From assembly GCF_009834535.1 (NCBI RefSeq), contig NC_045696.1, positions 66,900,001 to 66,964,000 on the forward strand: a stretch of 64,000 nucleotides of DNA, given 5' to 3'. A program made the position numbers and the translations under genes. Below the pieces are notes generated by a model. That model made no database searches, had not been told where the DNA came from, and was given only the letters and a program-made list of their open reading frames with translations. The first letter of the stretch is position 1; each line of letters opens with the position of its first letter. Shown one piece after another: positions 11,266-24,960 of this stretch. Source of the DNA: Camelus ferus (lineage: Eukaryota).

Positions 11266-12032
11266 AATGTGTAGATAAATGAGAAAATCAGTAACCTGTA
11301 TCAACATCAAGAGTAAGGAAAATAAGAGGAACCCAAGAACAATATTTTCACACAAAATGTATTTCATGATATTTTACACTGAGCTAAAGGGCCATTTGAC
11401 TGTGAACTTCTAAGCAGCCAATGTAAGGAGGACTTACATGCGATTTTCTAAATCTACAATAATAGCTTAGACTCTTGTTACAAATAGCGCATTGTTGGTA
11501 AAAAATGTGTGTTTGTTGAAAGAATACAGAAAAAAAGATAATATATAAAATACATTAACCCTCTGGTTTCTAAATTTAATGCATTTGTTTGGTTGCTGAT
11601 CACAAATAAATGACAACAGATGATATTGTAGTGAGACCTGAATTTCTAGTGGTTTCCAGTATAATCCTCTTTCAGGACTCTCTGGTACTTACTGATTTGA
11701 TGGTCAATTAATAGATTCAACATACATATTCCTTGAGGGCTTCTGCTGTGTGCCTGTCAGCTTGCTGGGTGCTGTGGGCAGCAAGTAGATCAATACGATC
11801 TAGTCTCTGCCCTCAAATAGCCCCCAGTAGAGTTGAAAATGACATTCTTTTCATTTTTGTATTTTAAGCCATGGAGAAAAAAATGACTCTTGCATAGCTG
11901 TGTCCCTGAGTTGCTGATGATCAACTTGCCTGCTGGGGTATCTGGTGCCTGGTAGATGCTAATGAGATAAGAATAGGTTTGCTAGAATTCGTGAAACCCG
12001 TGGGTAGGTGAAAGAGCATAGAATGTAACGTT

Positions 12033-12289
12033 CTTTTTTTTAATTGACATACAGTCAGTTACAATGTGTCAACTTCTGATGCACAGCATAAAGTCCCAGT
12101 CATGCATATATATATACACACACACATACACATATTTGTTTTCATATTCTTTTTCATTAAAGGTTATCACCAGATACTGAATATAGTTCCCTGTGCTATA
12201 CAGAAAAACTTAGTTTTAAAATCTATTTTTGTATATAATGGTTAACATTTGCAACTCTCGAACTCCCAAATTTATCCCTTCCCACCCCT
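12033..12289 (-). mobile_element. Younger 5'-truncated L1 (camelid/artiodactyl-type 3' end)
   Basis: Poly(T) then an antisense L1 3' UTR. 15-bp TSD GAATGTAACGTTCTT (12021-12035) / GAATGTAGCATTCTT (12290-12304). Confidence 0.85.
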
Positions 12290-12719
12290 GAATGTAGCAT
12301 TCTTATTTGCTTTCCTGTGGTTTGAGCCCAAGAGGGACAGCTGTGGCTGAACCTTGCCTTGGACACACATTCACAAATTTGTGCCTTATTGAGTACTGAT
12401 CATCAGGAAGTCATAAAAGTCATCATTTGTGGAAGAAACTGGGGGAGTGGGTGTGAGCTAAGAAAACAGGCCTGATCTGTGTACACTAAAGACTACCGAA
12501 AACTACGGCACGATGTTTTTCTAAACCACCAACTGCTTTTCTGATGTGCAGCTTCCTGAGATACCCTGTTTACCTATGCAGCACAGCTCCCGAAAGAGGA
12601 ACTGAGAGATGTTTATAATTTTTTTTTTGAAAATTAGCTATACTCCAAGTTAAAAAGGAATTTAGAGATCATTTGCCTAGAAATACATCCCAGCAAATAG
12701 AATGACTTAAAAATAACAT

Positions 12720-13270
12720 AGTCCTGGGTACAGTGGTTTAAATTTTACAGAACACAGTCACAGGCATTATCTCATAGGAGTCTCCCAAATGTCATGAAGA
12801 CGTACCCGCACGAGTGGTGTCATTTCCTCCATTTTATGCACGAGGAAGCTAAGACTCAGGCAGCATAGGAAACAAACTCATAACCATCAGTACAGTGGCC
12901 TGTCCTGGACCCAGCTCTTCTTACTCCCAGACATCAGTCTACTCCCTCAATAAGATAACATGAATTAAATGCCTATGGTATGCCTGGTGTGGTGTAGGGC
13001 TCTGGGAAAATGAAGGTAAATAAAACACAGTCCCTCTCTTCCTTACATTATGTCTACAAACACAGAATTTTTTTATAGCATTTGGCATTTACTAAAAATT
13101 TGATGTCCATTATCTATCTAGATCTATCTACCTATCTACCACTAAAAACCCCTAGGAATCCATCAACTTAGGTGTTATTCTCTCCATGGTACAGAGGAAG
13201 AGACAGCTGGTGGCTCTGCATTAATCATTCAGCTAGACAGTGATAGAACCCTGATGGGAACTCAGGGAAA
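12720..13270 (-). mobile_element. MIR / L2 / MIR fragments
   Basis: MIR core ccattttatgcacgaggaagctaagactcag; L2-like tgcctatggtatgcctgg...cagtccct; second MIR core near 13180. Confidence 0.6.
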
Positions 13271-13984
13271 CAAGTTTCCCTGAAATTATCATTACACTTA
13301 TGACACGCCCCCTCCCCCAGAAGGATGCGTTGTGCACATTGTTCTGTCTTGAAGTCCTATGATGGTCTCAGCACACGTCTCTCAGTGCCTTTGTCCTGGG
13401 CCAGTCAGCCCGTGATAACAGGAGCACCACAAATGCCAACCCCCAAAGGAAGGCATGAGCTCATGATGAGCACCCACATTCAGGGCCGGGAGTCAAGAAT
13501 GTTAACGCTGCTTATTTTGAAATCTGGATTGTACACACAGAGCATGTGGGAGTGGAGGCACTGATAAAATGCGTCTGTGGGATGGGAGCGATTCTCAGGG
13601 CATCCTTACAGGGGAATCCACATGGGATGACCCTTGAATGGATCTTGTTGACAGCAACATCTCTGTGCCAAGTTTCTAAGGAGGACAGTTAAAGTGTGAC
13701 CTTGGAGGGGTAACATCAGTCTGAAAACACAACTGCTCTTGGCTGCCTTTGGGCAGGTAACATACTGTTCTGCCGCTCGGTTACAGATCTGTTTAAACCA
13801 TCTGGATCCCGATTCGGCAGCGCTTATGTTATACTTCTGAAGAGAAGAGATCATTTTTCCCATGGACCTGAGCGACCATCTATGTTAGGATAATGAGTTC
13901 AAGAAATGTATTTTCAAAGTAAAAATCATCTTTCTTTCTCAGATCTTGCGATTCTGACTACACAGTCATAAAAAGAAATATGTG

Positions 13985-14200
13985 GAGAGAGAAAAGAGAG
14001 AGAGAGAGAAGCTATAGAGATGATATATAGATATGTGTATGTGAATATGTACATATATATTTACACACAGATATATGTGCATATTTACAAATACTGCCTA
14101 TAAAATGTGTATACACTTACCTATAATATATGTATACTTCTATACATATAATATATTTCTAATAAATATATATTTGTATGTATACACAATATCTATATAC
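13985..14200. repeat. (GA)n plus TA/TG-rich low-complexity tract
   Basis: Directly visible. Confidence 0.85.
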
Positions 14201-15933
14201 AAAAAATACTTACTAGATAACTTTCTCCTCTAAATTGCTTCTTTTCCTCCTTGTAAACAAGGCAAAAAAATCAAGGCAAAATTATTCTAAAAATAAATTT
14301 TTAAAATGCTCTAATGGAAGAAATAAAACAACGTGGACAGTATATTCTCATGGTGTGGGAAGATTCATATGGATACTAGCACAAAAGCAAACCAAGGGAA
14401 AGGAAGTTAATACACTCTTAACAGTTCTTATTTCTGGGTGGATGGGGTTATGGAGTGGAGAGAATATTTTCTTGCTAAGACCTTTCTGTAATTTTCAAGT
14501 TTTGTATAGCGAAAATCCTTCCTTTTTATACTTGGAAGCGACTCACAAGAAATAATCATTAAAAATACTTTCCTGTAGAATTTGTCTCTGGAAGGTGTGT
14601 CTAATAATATGCCAGGATGAATGGACGTCAAAGAACGTGTCTTGATTCCCTGACGGGTTTGTTTCTACATGGATAATTTCTACTAAGAAATGGGAAATAA
14701 ATTCTCACCCTGTTTTGAAATACGGCTGGAAGTGTGGCTTTAGGGGTTGAATGGAACTCAGAGAATTTACGTGGGTTGGTTGGAGGAGGGTAGAATTGTG
14801 AGGCCCAGAGTCGCCAGGTCAGGGTGCAGTGTTTCATACTGAGTCCTCTCCATTACCAAACATTGGCTCAAGAGGGGAAAAAAAAATGACTTTTACGAGA
14901 CATCTGTGATGCAGAGCGTGGCAGCCATAGAAATACACAGCTCAGCTCTTCTAATGCGGAGCACGTAACTGACTGACAGTCGCAGCTGCTGCTCCTCCCC
15001 TCCACGGTGCCTTCTCCCTGAGGCCACTGCACATCCAGGCTCCTCGCAGACAAGGGCTGAGCCCGTGGGGCTACTAAGCCAGACCCATTCTGACGGCACA
15101 TGGAACACCTCTGGTGGGTGATTTTGACTCAAGAATAGCTCACTGGCCTGACTAAACCTTTCTTGAAGCCGCATTTCAGCCTGAAACTCTTTCTGCTGAA
15201 TTCTTCTTCTTCTCTTCCTTTTGGTTTCCAGAGAGAGAACTTATTACCCTCTGACATAACCCCTTTCTTCCGTTTTCTTCTTCTTTATGCTCCAAAGGCA
15301 CTTTCCTAGTACATCTCTTGCACATCTAATTCCATCTTGGGGTCTGTTTCTCAGAGAACCTAGAGTGTGATGCAAGCAGTCCTGAGAGTGGTTCAAGAAT
15401 GCAGATAGAAGATGGGTATTTAGGAACGACTCCCTCTCTACCTGTCAAGCAAGTAGGATGGCATCCAGAGCTATGTGGAGTATGGATGGTTTTCTGGCCC
15501 AAGATAAGGACCCAACTGCTATAGATTTCACCAATGCTGACCCGCGAAAATGTCCACCATGGGGGCAGATTTGCTGGTTCTAAGACTCAGGCTTTTAGGA
15601 AGATGCAGGAGGAACAGTGCCTATGAGGAAGTAGCGTTGGCTACTTCTAAGTTGTACTGACCCTCTGCAGAGGGATACTGAGGAACTGAGGGCTCTTAAC
15701 AAGCAGTTAATGGCTGATTGTGGGAGCCAGATTGCCTCCTTGATCACTTACAAAAAGATGAGAGCCTCTGTGAAAACAAACACAGCTAAGCAGCAGATCG
15801 AGCACCTGATCACGTCACAGGGCTCAAGAGACATTCGAATGCTCAGCCAAGGCCGGTTGGAAATCCCTAAGGCCCTGAAATGCGGGCTGGGGACATGAAG
15901 GGGATGCCTTTGGTGAGTTGGTTCTGTAGACTT

Positions 15934-16262
15934 TGTCTTATTTGAGGCTATTATAACAAAGTACCATGGACTGGATGGACTATAAACAATAGAAATTTAT
16001 TTCTCAAAGTTCTAGAGGCTGGAAGTCCGAGATCAGGGTCCCAGCCTGGTTACGGAAGGGCTCTGGTCTGGGTTACAGACGTCATTCTGTCTGCACGTGG
16101 TGAAAGAGGCTAGGGAGCTCAGTGGGGTCTTTTTCATAAGAGCACTGCCCCACTCATGAGGACTCCAGCCTCATGACTTAACCACCTTCTAATACCATCA
16201 CACTGGGCAGTAGGCTTTCAACATATGCATTTTGAGGGAACACAAACATTCAGACCACAGCA
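15934..16262 (-). mobile_element. MLT1A-type MaLR solo LTR nested in the ERVL gag
   Basis: Minus strand starts TGCTGTGGTCTGAATGTTTGTGTTCCCTCAAAATGCATATGTTGAAAG, matching the MLT1A 5' end; AATAAA near the 3' end. Confidence 0.85.
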
Positions 16263-17436
16263 CTCCCCTAAGCCCTCAGAGCCTGCAGAATGGACAACTC
16301 TTTCCTAGCAAGAGCTGCCTTCACACTGAAAGGTGCTACAGAGGCCTTTGCTAGAAAAGCAGTGAGAATCCAACCTCAGGAATGCCTTTACCGTCTCTGT
16401 TGGCTGCAATGGCCCTAAATAGGGCAAAATCCTAGCACAACCCAGCTGGTCATACTATGGGAAAAATTAATATATATCAAAAGAGTACCAGAATTATCTA
16501 GCATGTACTAAAAAAAAGTCAAGGAAATATCCCTGGCTTTTGAGGATACCTGATTGGGGGGGGCTGGAATATATGACCACAAAAGAAAGAATGTATTGAC
16601 CTCAGTGTACTTTCTCATGGCATGGGATTTAAAATCCTCATGAGGACAAATGTAAATGGGGCAAGATCACTGCTGTAGTGGTTCTTATAAGTCTGGAAAA
16701 AGTGATGATCAATGATGAGTAAGAAAGAACTGCTTGAGTTTTTCTGGCAAATGATAGAGAAGGAATAAAGAGGCTAAGAGAAGTAGACATGCTAGAATGG
16801 AGGCCAGAAGCCAGTGTGAAGCCAGAAGATTCCCAGGAGAATATATTAGATGGGCAGACCGAGAGGACACATGAGTCTCCAAGGCCATCGGGAATGTGCC
16901 AGGGAGAAGAGAAGCAGCATCACCGAGAAGGTCAGTGCGGGCTCTCCTCTGCAGCCCAGGGCTGCGGGTAGTGGAGACTGGTCACAGGACTGGACTCGGT
17001 GATATTCATGGCAATGATGTCCATTTACCACCAGGTAACAGAGGCCAGATGGTAACACCTACCTTCCAGATTCCAGGGGATCACAGTTACCATAATCACC
17101 AGCAAAGTCAGAGGTGCAGCCAAGTGGGTTTGGTCTTCACGGAGCTTTGGGGATGGTCAATAGAACACGGCACACCTAGGGGGGAAAATAAATGGATTGC
17201 CAACAAGGGTTATGCTTAAATCTACAGCCAGAAAAAGGCAAGAATGGAAGATTTAAAAGTGGTCACTCAACACAAAGTCATAAACTCTTGCTTAATTTGT
17301 AGACCTGAGTCAGTTTTTAGACCTATGATCTATTGACTGAAGAGCTGGCTGGATTTCTGGGAAGAAGAAACCTCTAACACGATGGCAAATACATGTCATG
17401 GCAGTGCCTTCAGGATTCCCTAGAGAAACCTATAGT

Positions 17437-17575
17437 CGGGGCCATTCAGGGATGGTCTCTGTATCCAGAAGGGTTCCTAACTTAATTAATGCTGTGTTGT
17501 CGTCATCCTGAAATTCTTAATAATTTTAAACATTTTCATTTGTACTGGACTTTGCAAAATCTATGGCCAGTCTTG
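17437..17575. mobile_element. MER45A-like hAT-Tip100 MITE nested in the ERVL
   Basis: CGGGGCC...cttaattaatgctgtgttgtcgtcatcctgaaattcttaataatttt...GGCCAGTCTTG with 8-bp TSD CCTATAGT/CCTACAGC. Confidence 0.75.
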
Positions 17576-19124
17576 CCTACAGCTATTGACCTGGGTACAG
17601 AGGTCTGAGTTGACACTGATACCCAGAGACCTTAAGAGTAATCATGGTACCCTGTTGAAGGGGGAGCTCATGTTACCAGGTAATAAATGGAATCTAGTTC
17701 AAATCCAGCTCACAATGGGGTCCACTGTGTCTCAAAACCCACCCAGTGGTCCTTTTTCCAGTCACGAAGTAACTGGAATTAATATACTTGGCCTGTGGAG
17801 TGAGAACTATCAGAGTGGGTTCAAGTGAAAATCTCTGAAACTGCCCTCTACTTCACTTGACCAAAGGCGTAAATAAAACATAATATCACATTCCAGGAAG
17901 GATGGTGATTAATGACATCATTAAATAGCTAAAGGAGTGGAACAGTGATGGAGGGAGTATCCTGATCAAGTCTCTGTTTAATTTCTCAGTATGGATCCTG
18001 CAGAACTCAGGTGGGTCCTGGAGACTAAGCACAGACTCTCAAAAGCTCAGTCAGTTAATATCCCTGATTGCAATGCTACACCAAGGTGGTATGTCTGCTA
18101 GAGCAGTTAACAAGATCTCAGGTACTTGATATGCACTTACTGATTTGGTAAATGCATTCTGGTTTATTCTGTTTATAAAAGAAGATCGTAAGCAGGTCAC
18201 ATTCATGTGACATGCCACAATATTCATTTATAGTTTTGCCTCATGGCTATATTAACTCTCCGGCTCTTTGTAATATTGTAGAATGAAGATATCTGGGCTG
18301 CTTAATCAACCCACAGAACATCACACTGATGCATTATATCAATAACATCACACTGATCAGGTAGGAAAAACAAGAGATGGCCTTGCTAGAAACCTTGATG
18401 AGGCACATGCACTCCAGGGCTTGAGGGATAAGCCGTACAAAGATTCAGAGTCCTGATACTTCAGTGATGTGTTTAGGGATCCAGTGGTCAGGAGTTTGCC
18501 GAAACATGCCTTCCAAAATGAAAAAAACAAAACAACTCTGCATCTTGCATCCCCTGCCACAAAGAAGGAAGCAGAAGAGCCTGATAGTTCTTTTTGGATT
18601 TTGGAGGAAACATACCCCATGACTAGGAATAGTGCTCTGGCCCATGCACAGGGTAACATGAGAGGCTTCAGGTGTCTGATGCAACATGGATTTTATGGCA
18701 AACCCCAGTGAGAGAATCACAGTGCAAACCCTGATATTCTGGAGTAAGTGTACACCACCTACAGCAGACAAAATAATTTGTCTTTTGGTAAAATAGCTCC
18801 TGGTGTGTAACTGGATCTTGATAGCAACAGGATACTTGACCGTGGGGCACTAAATGGCCATGTATCTGTAACTCCACATTAGCTGAGTCATTTCTTCTAA
18901 ACCATAAAGCTGGCCCAGCCTTGGTCAAGCAAAAGATGCAGATGGTACACCCAGACCGGGAGGACCAGCGCTTGGTAAGTCAGGCATCGCTGTCACTTAC
19001 AGTGGTTGTCCTAGCAAGCCTCATCTACTTTGCGCCTGAGACCAGCTGAAGGAAGTGGAAGAGACTGTCAGTGCCCTCCAGCCACAGACAACCAGCTATG
19101 CCTGTAGCTGAACAAGTAGGACGG

Positions 19125-19670
19125 ATTGCCGTAGTAAAGATGGATGTACATCGTGGGGATCGAAGGGACGTCTCAGCCAGAGAGTGTTAGAAAGAACTTG
19201 CTAGAGGATTTAGGTTTGTGTCGGCCTAGCTGGGGAAGTGTTCAAGGGCACTGGGGCTTTGCATGTACTGGATGCTGTCGGGAAGCGGAGCAATTCTATG
19301 AACGGCCTTCTTGAGCAGTCTTATCCCTCAGACGGGATGAATGAAGCTAAAGGTGTAACTGGGCAAAGAAGCCACACTCGTTCATATCAGCTGGGATAAG
19401 GGGTTGTGTGGTCACTTCCATGGTTTGAACAACGTTCATCATTTTTATTGTGTTTATAAGTGATTTCAGACTGGTCTTACTTTTGTCTTGACCTTTCAAA
19501 GTCATGGGAGGCCTTGTCTAATGTTGATGCTTTGTGAAATTGTGTTACCGTTTAATAGGAGGATACCAAGACCCAGGTGGGAGTTTCAGGACGTCTTCTT
19601 CGCAGTTCCAAGGCTTGACTGCTAATGCCCCATCAGTTCCTGTCAGGGGCTGCTTTTCTCTTTCTTGAGA
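19125..19670 (-). mobile_element. ERV1-class LTR (MER90-like)
   Basis: Minus strand begins ...AGAAAGAGAAAAGCAGCCCCTGACAGG, resembling a recalled MER90-type LTR start. Confidence 0.5.
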
Positions 19671-20029
19671 TAATACATGATTTATGAACTGGGTAAGTGG
19701 ACGAAAGTCACAAATGGACAAGTGGCCGCCTTCCAGCACATTTGACAGTTGGTTTTGAAAGCTGCCAGAGAGAGGAAATCTTCCAAAGAGTGGAGCTGTG
19801 AATAGTGAGGAAGGAGAAATGATGTGAAGTAATAAAATAAATAGATGGGGAAAATGCCTGGGCAGTGAGCAACGGCCTGGCTGTCTTGTTAGGGGTCTGG
19901 AAAGAAAGGAGCAGGAAGACTGGAGACAAGGAGGCTGAGAGCAGAGGCATAGGCATGTGGGGTTGGGCACAAAGTGGGAAGTTTTTCCTCACGTGCCAAC
20001 TTCAAGAAGAATTCAGGAAAGGAGACCCA

Positions 20030-20560
20030 ACAGGTAAACAAATAAAATTATGTAAATGTGACAAATACCATTAAAGGAACCAGTGAAGAGGCAGAATTAG
20101 GAATAACGGGAGGGAGATGGGGGAGAGATGATGTGAACCTACTTTAGGTCAGATGATTGGAAGAGGTCTTTTGAAGAACTGATGTTCAAGCTGAGATGTG
20201 GGGGACCAAGGGTGAGTCATGTGAAGCGGGGGAGGAGCATACCAGGTGGAGGGAGGAGCATATGTAGGACTTTGAGGCAGGAAAGCGATTGGAGTATTTG
20301 AGAGACTGAAAGAACACAGTGTGACTAGACCAAGGAGATGGCTCAAGAGGAGAGTGAAATATTTAGGAGCCAAATTTGACCAAGGCAGGAAAGGAGTTTG
20401 GGTCTTATTCTAAGAAGCAAGAAAACCTTTTGAAAGGTTGCACACAGAGATGTGACGTGATCCAATTAATGTTTTTTAAAAGATTACTCTTTCCTGCCCA
20501 TGGAGAATGGACTGAAGTTGGGGCAAGAGGAGAACTGGGAGATTAGTTAGGAAAGTACCG
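20030..20560 (-). mobile_element. L2 LINE fragment
   Basis: Purine-rich antisense L2 motifs (...aagctgagatg..., ...ttttaaaagattactct...ggagaatggactg). Confidence 0.75.
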
Positions 20561-22340
20561 GAATCATGTAAATTAATACCAACCCAAATCGAGGCAAGCT
20601 TTCACCCTACCTTGTGAATGGCTCACATTGTCTACCCTTGAGTGGGAAGTCGTTGTGTAGGTGGATGACACAGTCTCTCTCTTACAGCTGACATTCCAGT
20701 GTCTGGCGTTCTGACCAGCTCAGATCCCAAAATACATGTGGTATGTTGTACATATAGTTCAGCAGGGTCAGTACAGGCTTAGTATTAACAGCTTACCCCC
20801 CACACCGTAGCCTCTCAAACATCCCCTCCCTCTGTATCTTGTCTTTTGAAAGCCAACTGCTGTAGTCAATTTCAATTGAAATAAAACCAGAAAACCCAAA
20901 TCATGAAGGGAATTAAATCTCTGTGTGTACATATATCTGTATACATAGAATTTCTTACAAGGGGCTGAATGCAACGAAAAAGAAAGAGTAGTTAAGTTCC
21001 CATTTCACTTTGTTGAGCCAGTGAGTTTGCCTGGGATGCTCGACATACAGGGCAACCCTTTCCCAAAGAACACAGAATCCTCAAGAACATTGGCCAACCC
21101 TGACTTCAGTCAATTTGATTGCTCTTCTAAACAATCATCAATGGGACATTGAAACAGCCATTCCACTGAAAGTATTATAATTCAAGCTTTATTTACTCTC
21201 TGCTAATGGTGTCAACACATTGAATATTACTGTTTTCCAAGAGAAAAAAGGAGAAATATTCTCTTACATAAACTGGGCTCACAAATTTGTTCTCTGCTAT
21301 GTGAAACTTACCTGTCATTCAAATATAGAAAGAACTTTAAAGAGAGTTTAAAAAAGATAATTAAGATTTATACAAAAATGATTTCTCATTTATGGTTTAT
21401 AAGTACTTTTCATCAAAAATCTGCACTTAATGCTATGAATTCAGAAAATATAAAAATGCAATGATATGGTCAGGCTGATGGTATCTCAACTAGATGGTAA
21501 GAGAAGGGCAAAGAAAAAAATAATCTTCAGAAACTACAGTAATTTTCTCCTGAATCCTAAGATTGAAATTATTCATACCCATTTATTAAATCCATACTGG
21601 ATGCTCTAAATGTTGGGGGAAAGACTATTAAATCTTACTGAAAGGCAGGAATTGTGTGAAGTTTTTAAAATGCACTCTTTTGACTTTAATATTAAAGTTC
21701 TGTGAATGTGGGTTTCTTTGGAAAGATATTAAAATAATTATAATCCTGACAGAATAATCGGGGCTTAGTGTTTGGGTAACAAATGATGAAATTGCTGATT
21801 GGAGCTCTAGCATCAAGTTGAAGAAAAATAAGTGGGATAAAATGCCTTCACGGACAATTTATGTAAATAACTGATAATGTATTTAATCCACATTCTGCCT
21901 TAAATTTGTTTGAAAATGAGCTACAAAATGAACGAGGCCAAGCTGAAAAAACAGCCCAAGAAAATAAAATACATAAACATTTTTTACATCACCTGCACTC
22001 TGGGATTTTGACCTGTCATGGTCTAATGCCTTAATCATTGCCTGTCTCCTTGGGTTTCTGACTGTGAAAGACATACGGCCTCAGCCACCCTGGTTTATCA
22101 CGTGTTCAAGAATTCAGGCCCATGAGCTGAAGGATGAATCACAAGGAAGTTCATTTCTAGAACTCAGATGACAGATGAGTGTTAAGATGAGAATTAATGA
22201 ACTAAAATTCTTACAAGGGACTCTGCCCACTGCTCTAATTCCTTACAAAAGCTTTTCACTTGGTCTGATGTTGTACTTAAAAAATGTCTCTCCCCAAGAT
22301 TTTTTAGGGGTTTCAAAAGTATCCACATCATCTACCCCAG

Positions 22341-22409
22341 CATACACACACTCACTCACACACACACACTCACTCATGCACACACACTCTCACACACACA
22401 CACACACAC
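22341..22409. repeat. Imperfect (CA)n microsatellite
   Basis: Directly visible. Confidence 0.9.
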
Positions 22410-22689
22410 CTCTTTCTTCTCCGCTTTAACTAGAAACAGGAACTCTATTTGTTATGTAATAATTTTATTTTAAAAAGCCAGGTTCTAGTTATGAGTCAGT
22501 TAACTCATAACCTACAAATTTGTTGTGATCATAGATCTTTATATCTTAAGCAATTTAAAACTTTTGCCTACTTTTTATAAGGGCTAAACATCCCGAGTTC
22601 ATTGTACTTTCTTCAAGTCAAATGAAGTTTTGAGTTATGTTTGCCAGCCTTTCATTAAAATTTGCCACCAAACAATAGAATATTAGAAT

Positions 22690-24960
22690 CATTAGTTTTG
22701 AAAGCCTGTATGTAGTATTCAACAATATTTTACGCTGATCTTAAAAACTATATAAATACATTAAAGTGAAAAACATTACTATCCTGCTATCCACTATTTT
22801 ATGTTTTGGCATTTCCTTCTAGATTTTGTCTAAAAGCATACAAATATATGTATATAAGATTTCTGAATATACATATGTGTATATACTTATAATGACATGT
22901 ACATTATTATTATAATATATTCTGTTTTTTCATTTAAGTTTATATTAAAAGAAATTTTTATATACTCACAATAGTCATAATTATCAGCTTAAACTACTTT
23001 CTGTCTATTGACTTAACATGCTCGCACTTATTCAGCTACTTCACTCTAACAAAAATTTTAACTTTTCTTCAACTGTTTACAATTGGGAAAAATTATATGT
23101 AATAAGAGATAAGACTGCAATGGATACCTTCTCACAAATAACTCTTGTCAAGTTAACTTTTTTGAAATCATTTCGAGTTACAGAAAAGTTGCTAAAAGAG
23201 GAGAGATGTTCCCATACAGCGTTGCACCCGACTTCCCCAGGTTAACATCTTGCATCACCATGGCGTATTTGTCAAGATTAAAGACATTAACATTAACTAA
23301 ACTGCAGACTAGATAGATTCACCAGTTTTTACACTAACGATCTTTTTGAAACTTTCGGTTGATGTTTTTCACTAGCTCTGGAAAATTATCAGCCAGTGTG
23401 TTATAAGATACTGAGTGTATTCCATTATCCCTTTCTTTTAACTTATTTTTTATATTTTTATGTCTGTCCCTCTATGCTGCATTTTGAACCATTTCTTCAA
23501 GTTTATCTTCTAATTTTTTAATTCTGTCATCTGCTATGTCAGTCTGTGGCAAAGCTCATCTTCTGATCTTTTGTTTTATTTTTTGTCTCTAGAAAGATTT
23601 ATTTGGTACTTTTTCAAAATCATTTGGTTTCTCTTTACATTTTTTTTTTATTCCCACATGTATTTTTCACGCTTGCCTTCATTTCCTTAAATACAGGAAC
23701 GTGTTCATTATCTATTGCATAAGAAATTGCCTGAAGACGTCTCAGCTTGAAACAACACACGTTTATGAGTTCCCGTTTTCTATGGGTCAGGAATCCAAGT
23801 ACAGCCCAGCTGGGTCCCATGCTTCAGGGATTCTCACAATATTGCACTCGTGGTATCAGTCAGGGCTGTGTCTCTATCTCAGGCCTTGACTCACGGTTGT
23901 TTGCTGGACTTGCTAAGGGCTTCAGTTTCTCCCTGGCAGTAGGCTGGGGGTCATGCTCAGTTGCTTGGCACATGAGCCTTTTTAACACCACAGCTTGCTT
24001 CGTTAAAGCAAGCAAGTCAAGGGCATGAGACAGAGAGGGCTGGCAGGCAGAAGGTACAGCGACGTTTAATCATGGAAGTGCCATTCCATCACTTTTGATG
24101 TCTCCCATTCCTCAGAGTAAGTCACTACATCCAGCCCCTCCACTCAAGAGGAGAAAATTATACAAGTATGTGAATACTTAGTGGTGGGAACAATTAAGGA
24201 CCATTTTAGAAACCTGTCTATCATAATTATACAGTTTTTTTATAGACTCTACCTAATAATTTCAGTATCTGAAGTCTCCTCAGGGCTAGTTCTGCTCTGT
24301 TGTTTTTACTGCTCCTCCACTCGTGGTGCCTTGTCTCCTTGTGCGTTTTGTTATTTTTGACTGTGAGCAGTTCATTTTAATCAGTTTTATTTGTGGGGAA
24401 AAAAAATGTGAGGTCTGGAATGAAGGTGAGTTTTCTAAGGACGATTTGCATTTGCTTCTGTCAGGTGCCTGTGAGAATTACCAATCAATGTGCAATTAAG
24501 TTTTCATCTTGATGTGTTGGGATCAATAAGATAGTATGAATCTAGGCTAAAACTGGCCCAAGAGTTAGCTTAAGATTCCAAACTATGAGCTGTGATGTTT
24601 TCTTCCTCTATTCTGTGTTGAGTGTTTGTGGCCTTTAATTTCCTTTAATGTCATCTGGGTGAGAGGGGATATATGTTTAGTTTTGTTTCAATATTTTGTA
24701 TTGGGTATACTGTCTGGTACCCCAGTTTAATGGCAGGATGACATCACTGTATACTTCTTACATCGGGTAGACATTTTGCCTTTTGTTTTCTATATCCTTT
24801 GAAACTGTGAAAAATATAGCTCAAGGTCACGTTGGTCAATAAATACCCTCAGAGTGAAATTTGTCTTTGGAACTCCATCATACCCTTGAGTTCCCACCTT
24901 CATTTATTTCTTTATCCAGAGGTACTTTACTTTTTCTCCAGCTTACTGATGCATGTAAGA
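22690..24960 (-). mobile_element. Cluster of old L1M/HAL1-like fragments interrupted by an MLT1 LTR
   Basis: T-rich antisense LINE1-like sequence (...ctggaaaattatcagcca..., ...aataatttcagtatctgaagtc...). Confidence 0.55.
23700..24224 (-). mobile_element. MLT1E/F-type MaLR solo LTR
   Basis: tctattgcataagaaattgcc...gcttgaaacaaca...tatgggtcaggaatcc...ccattttagaaacctgtctatcata. Confidence 0.75.

Larger units (their letters stand above)
14905..19100 (+). mobile_element. Decayed ERVL provirus (LTR16-like 5' LTR ~14905-15374, then ERV3-16A3-like internal gag/pro/pol), 3'-truncated
   Basis: Protease relic QRSELTLIPRD (~17600; ERVL LDTGSELTLIP). RT relic LPHGYINSPALCNIVE*...ITLMHYINNI (18236-18349). 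Thumb relic LHLASPATKKEA (~18540). Many stops and frameshifts. Confidence 0.85.

Noticed and set aside
15934..16262. Sense-oriented MLT1A LTR as an oocyte promoter for TAp63
   Set aside because: The usual MaLR donor position (GAACT|GTGAG, recalled) reads GAACT|TTGAG here, so canonical splicing out of the LTR looks lost.
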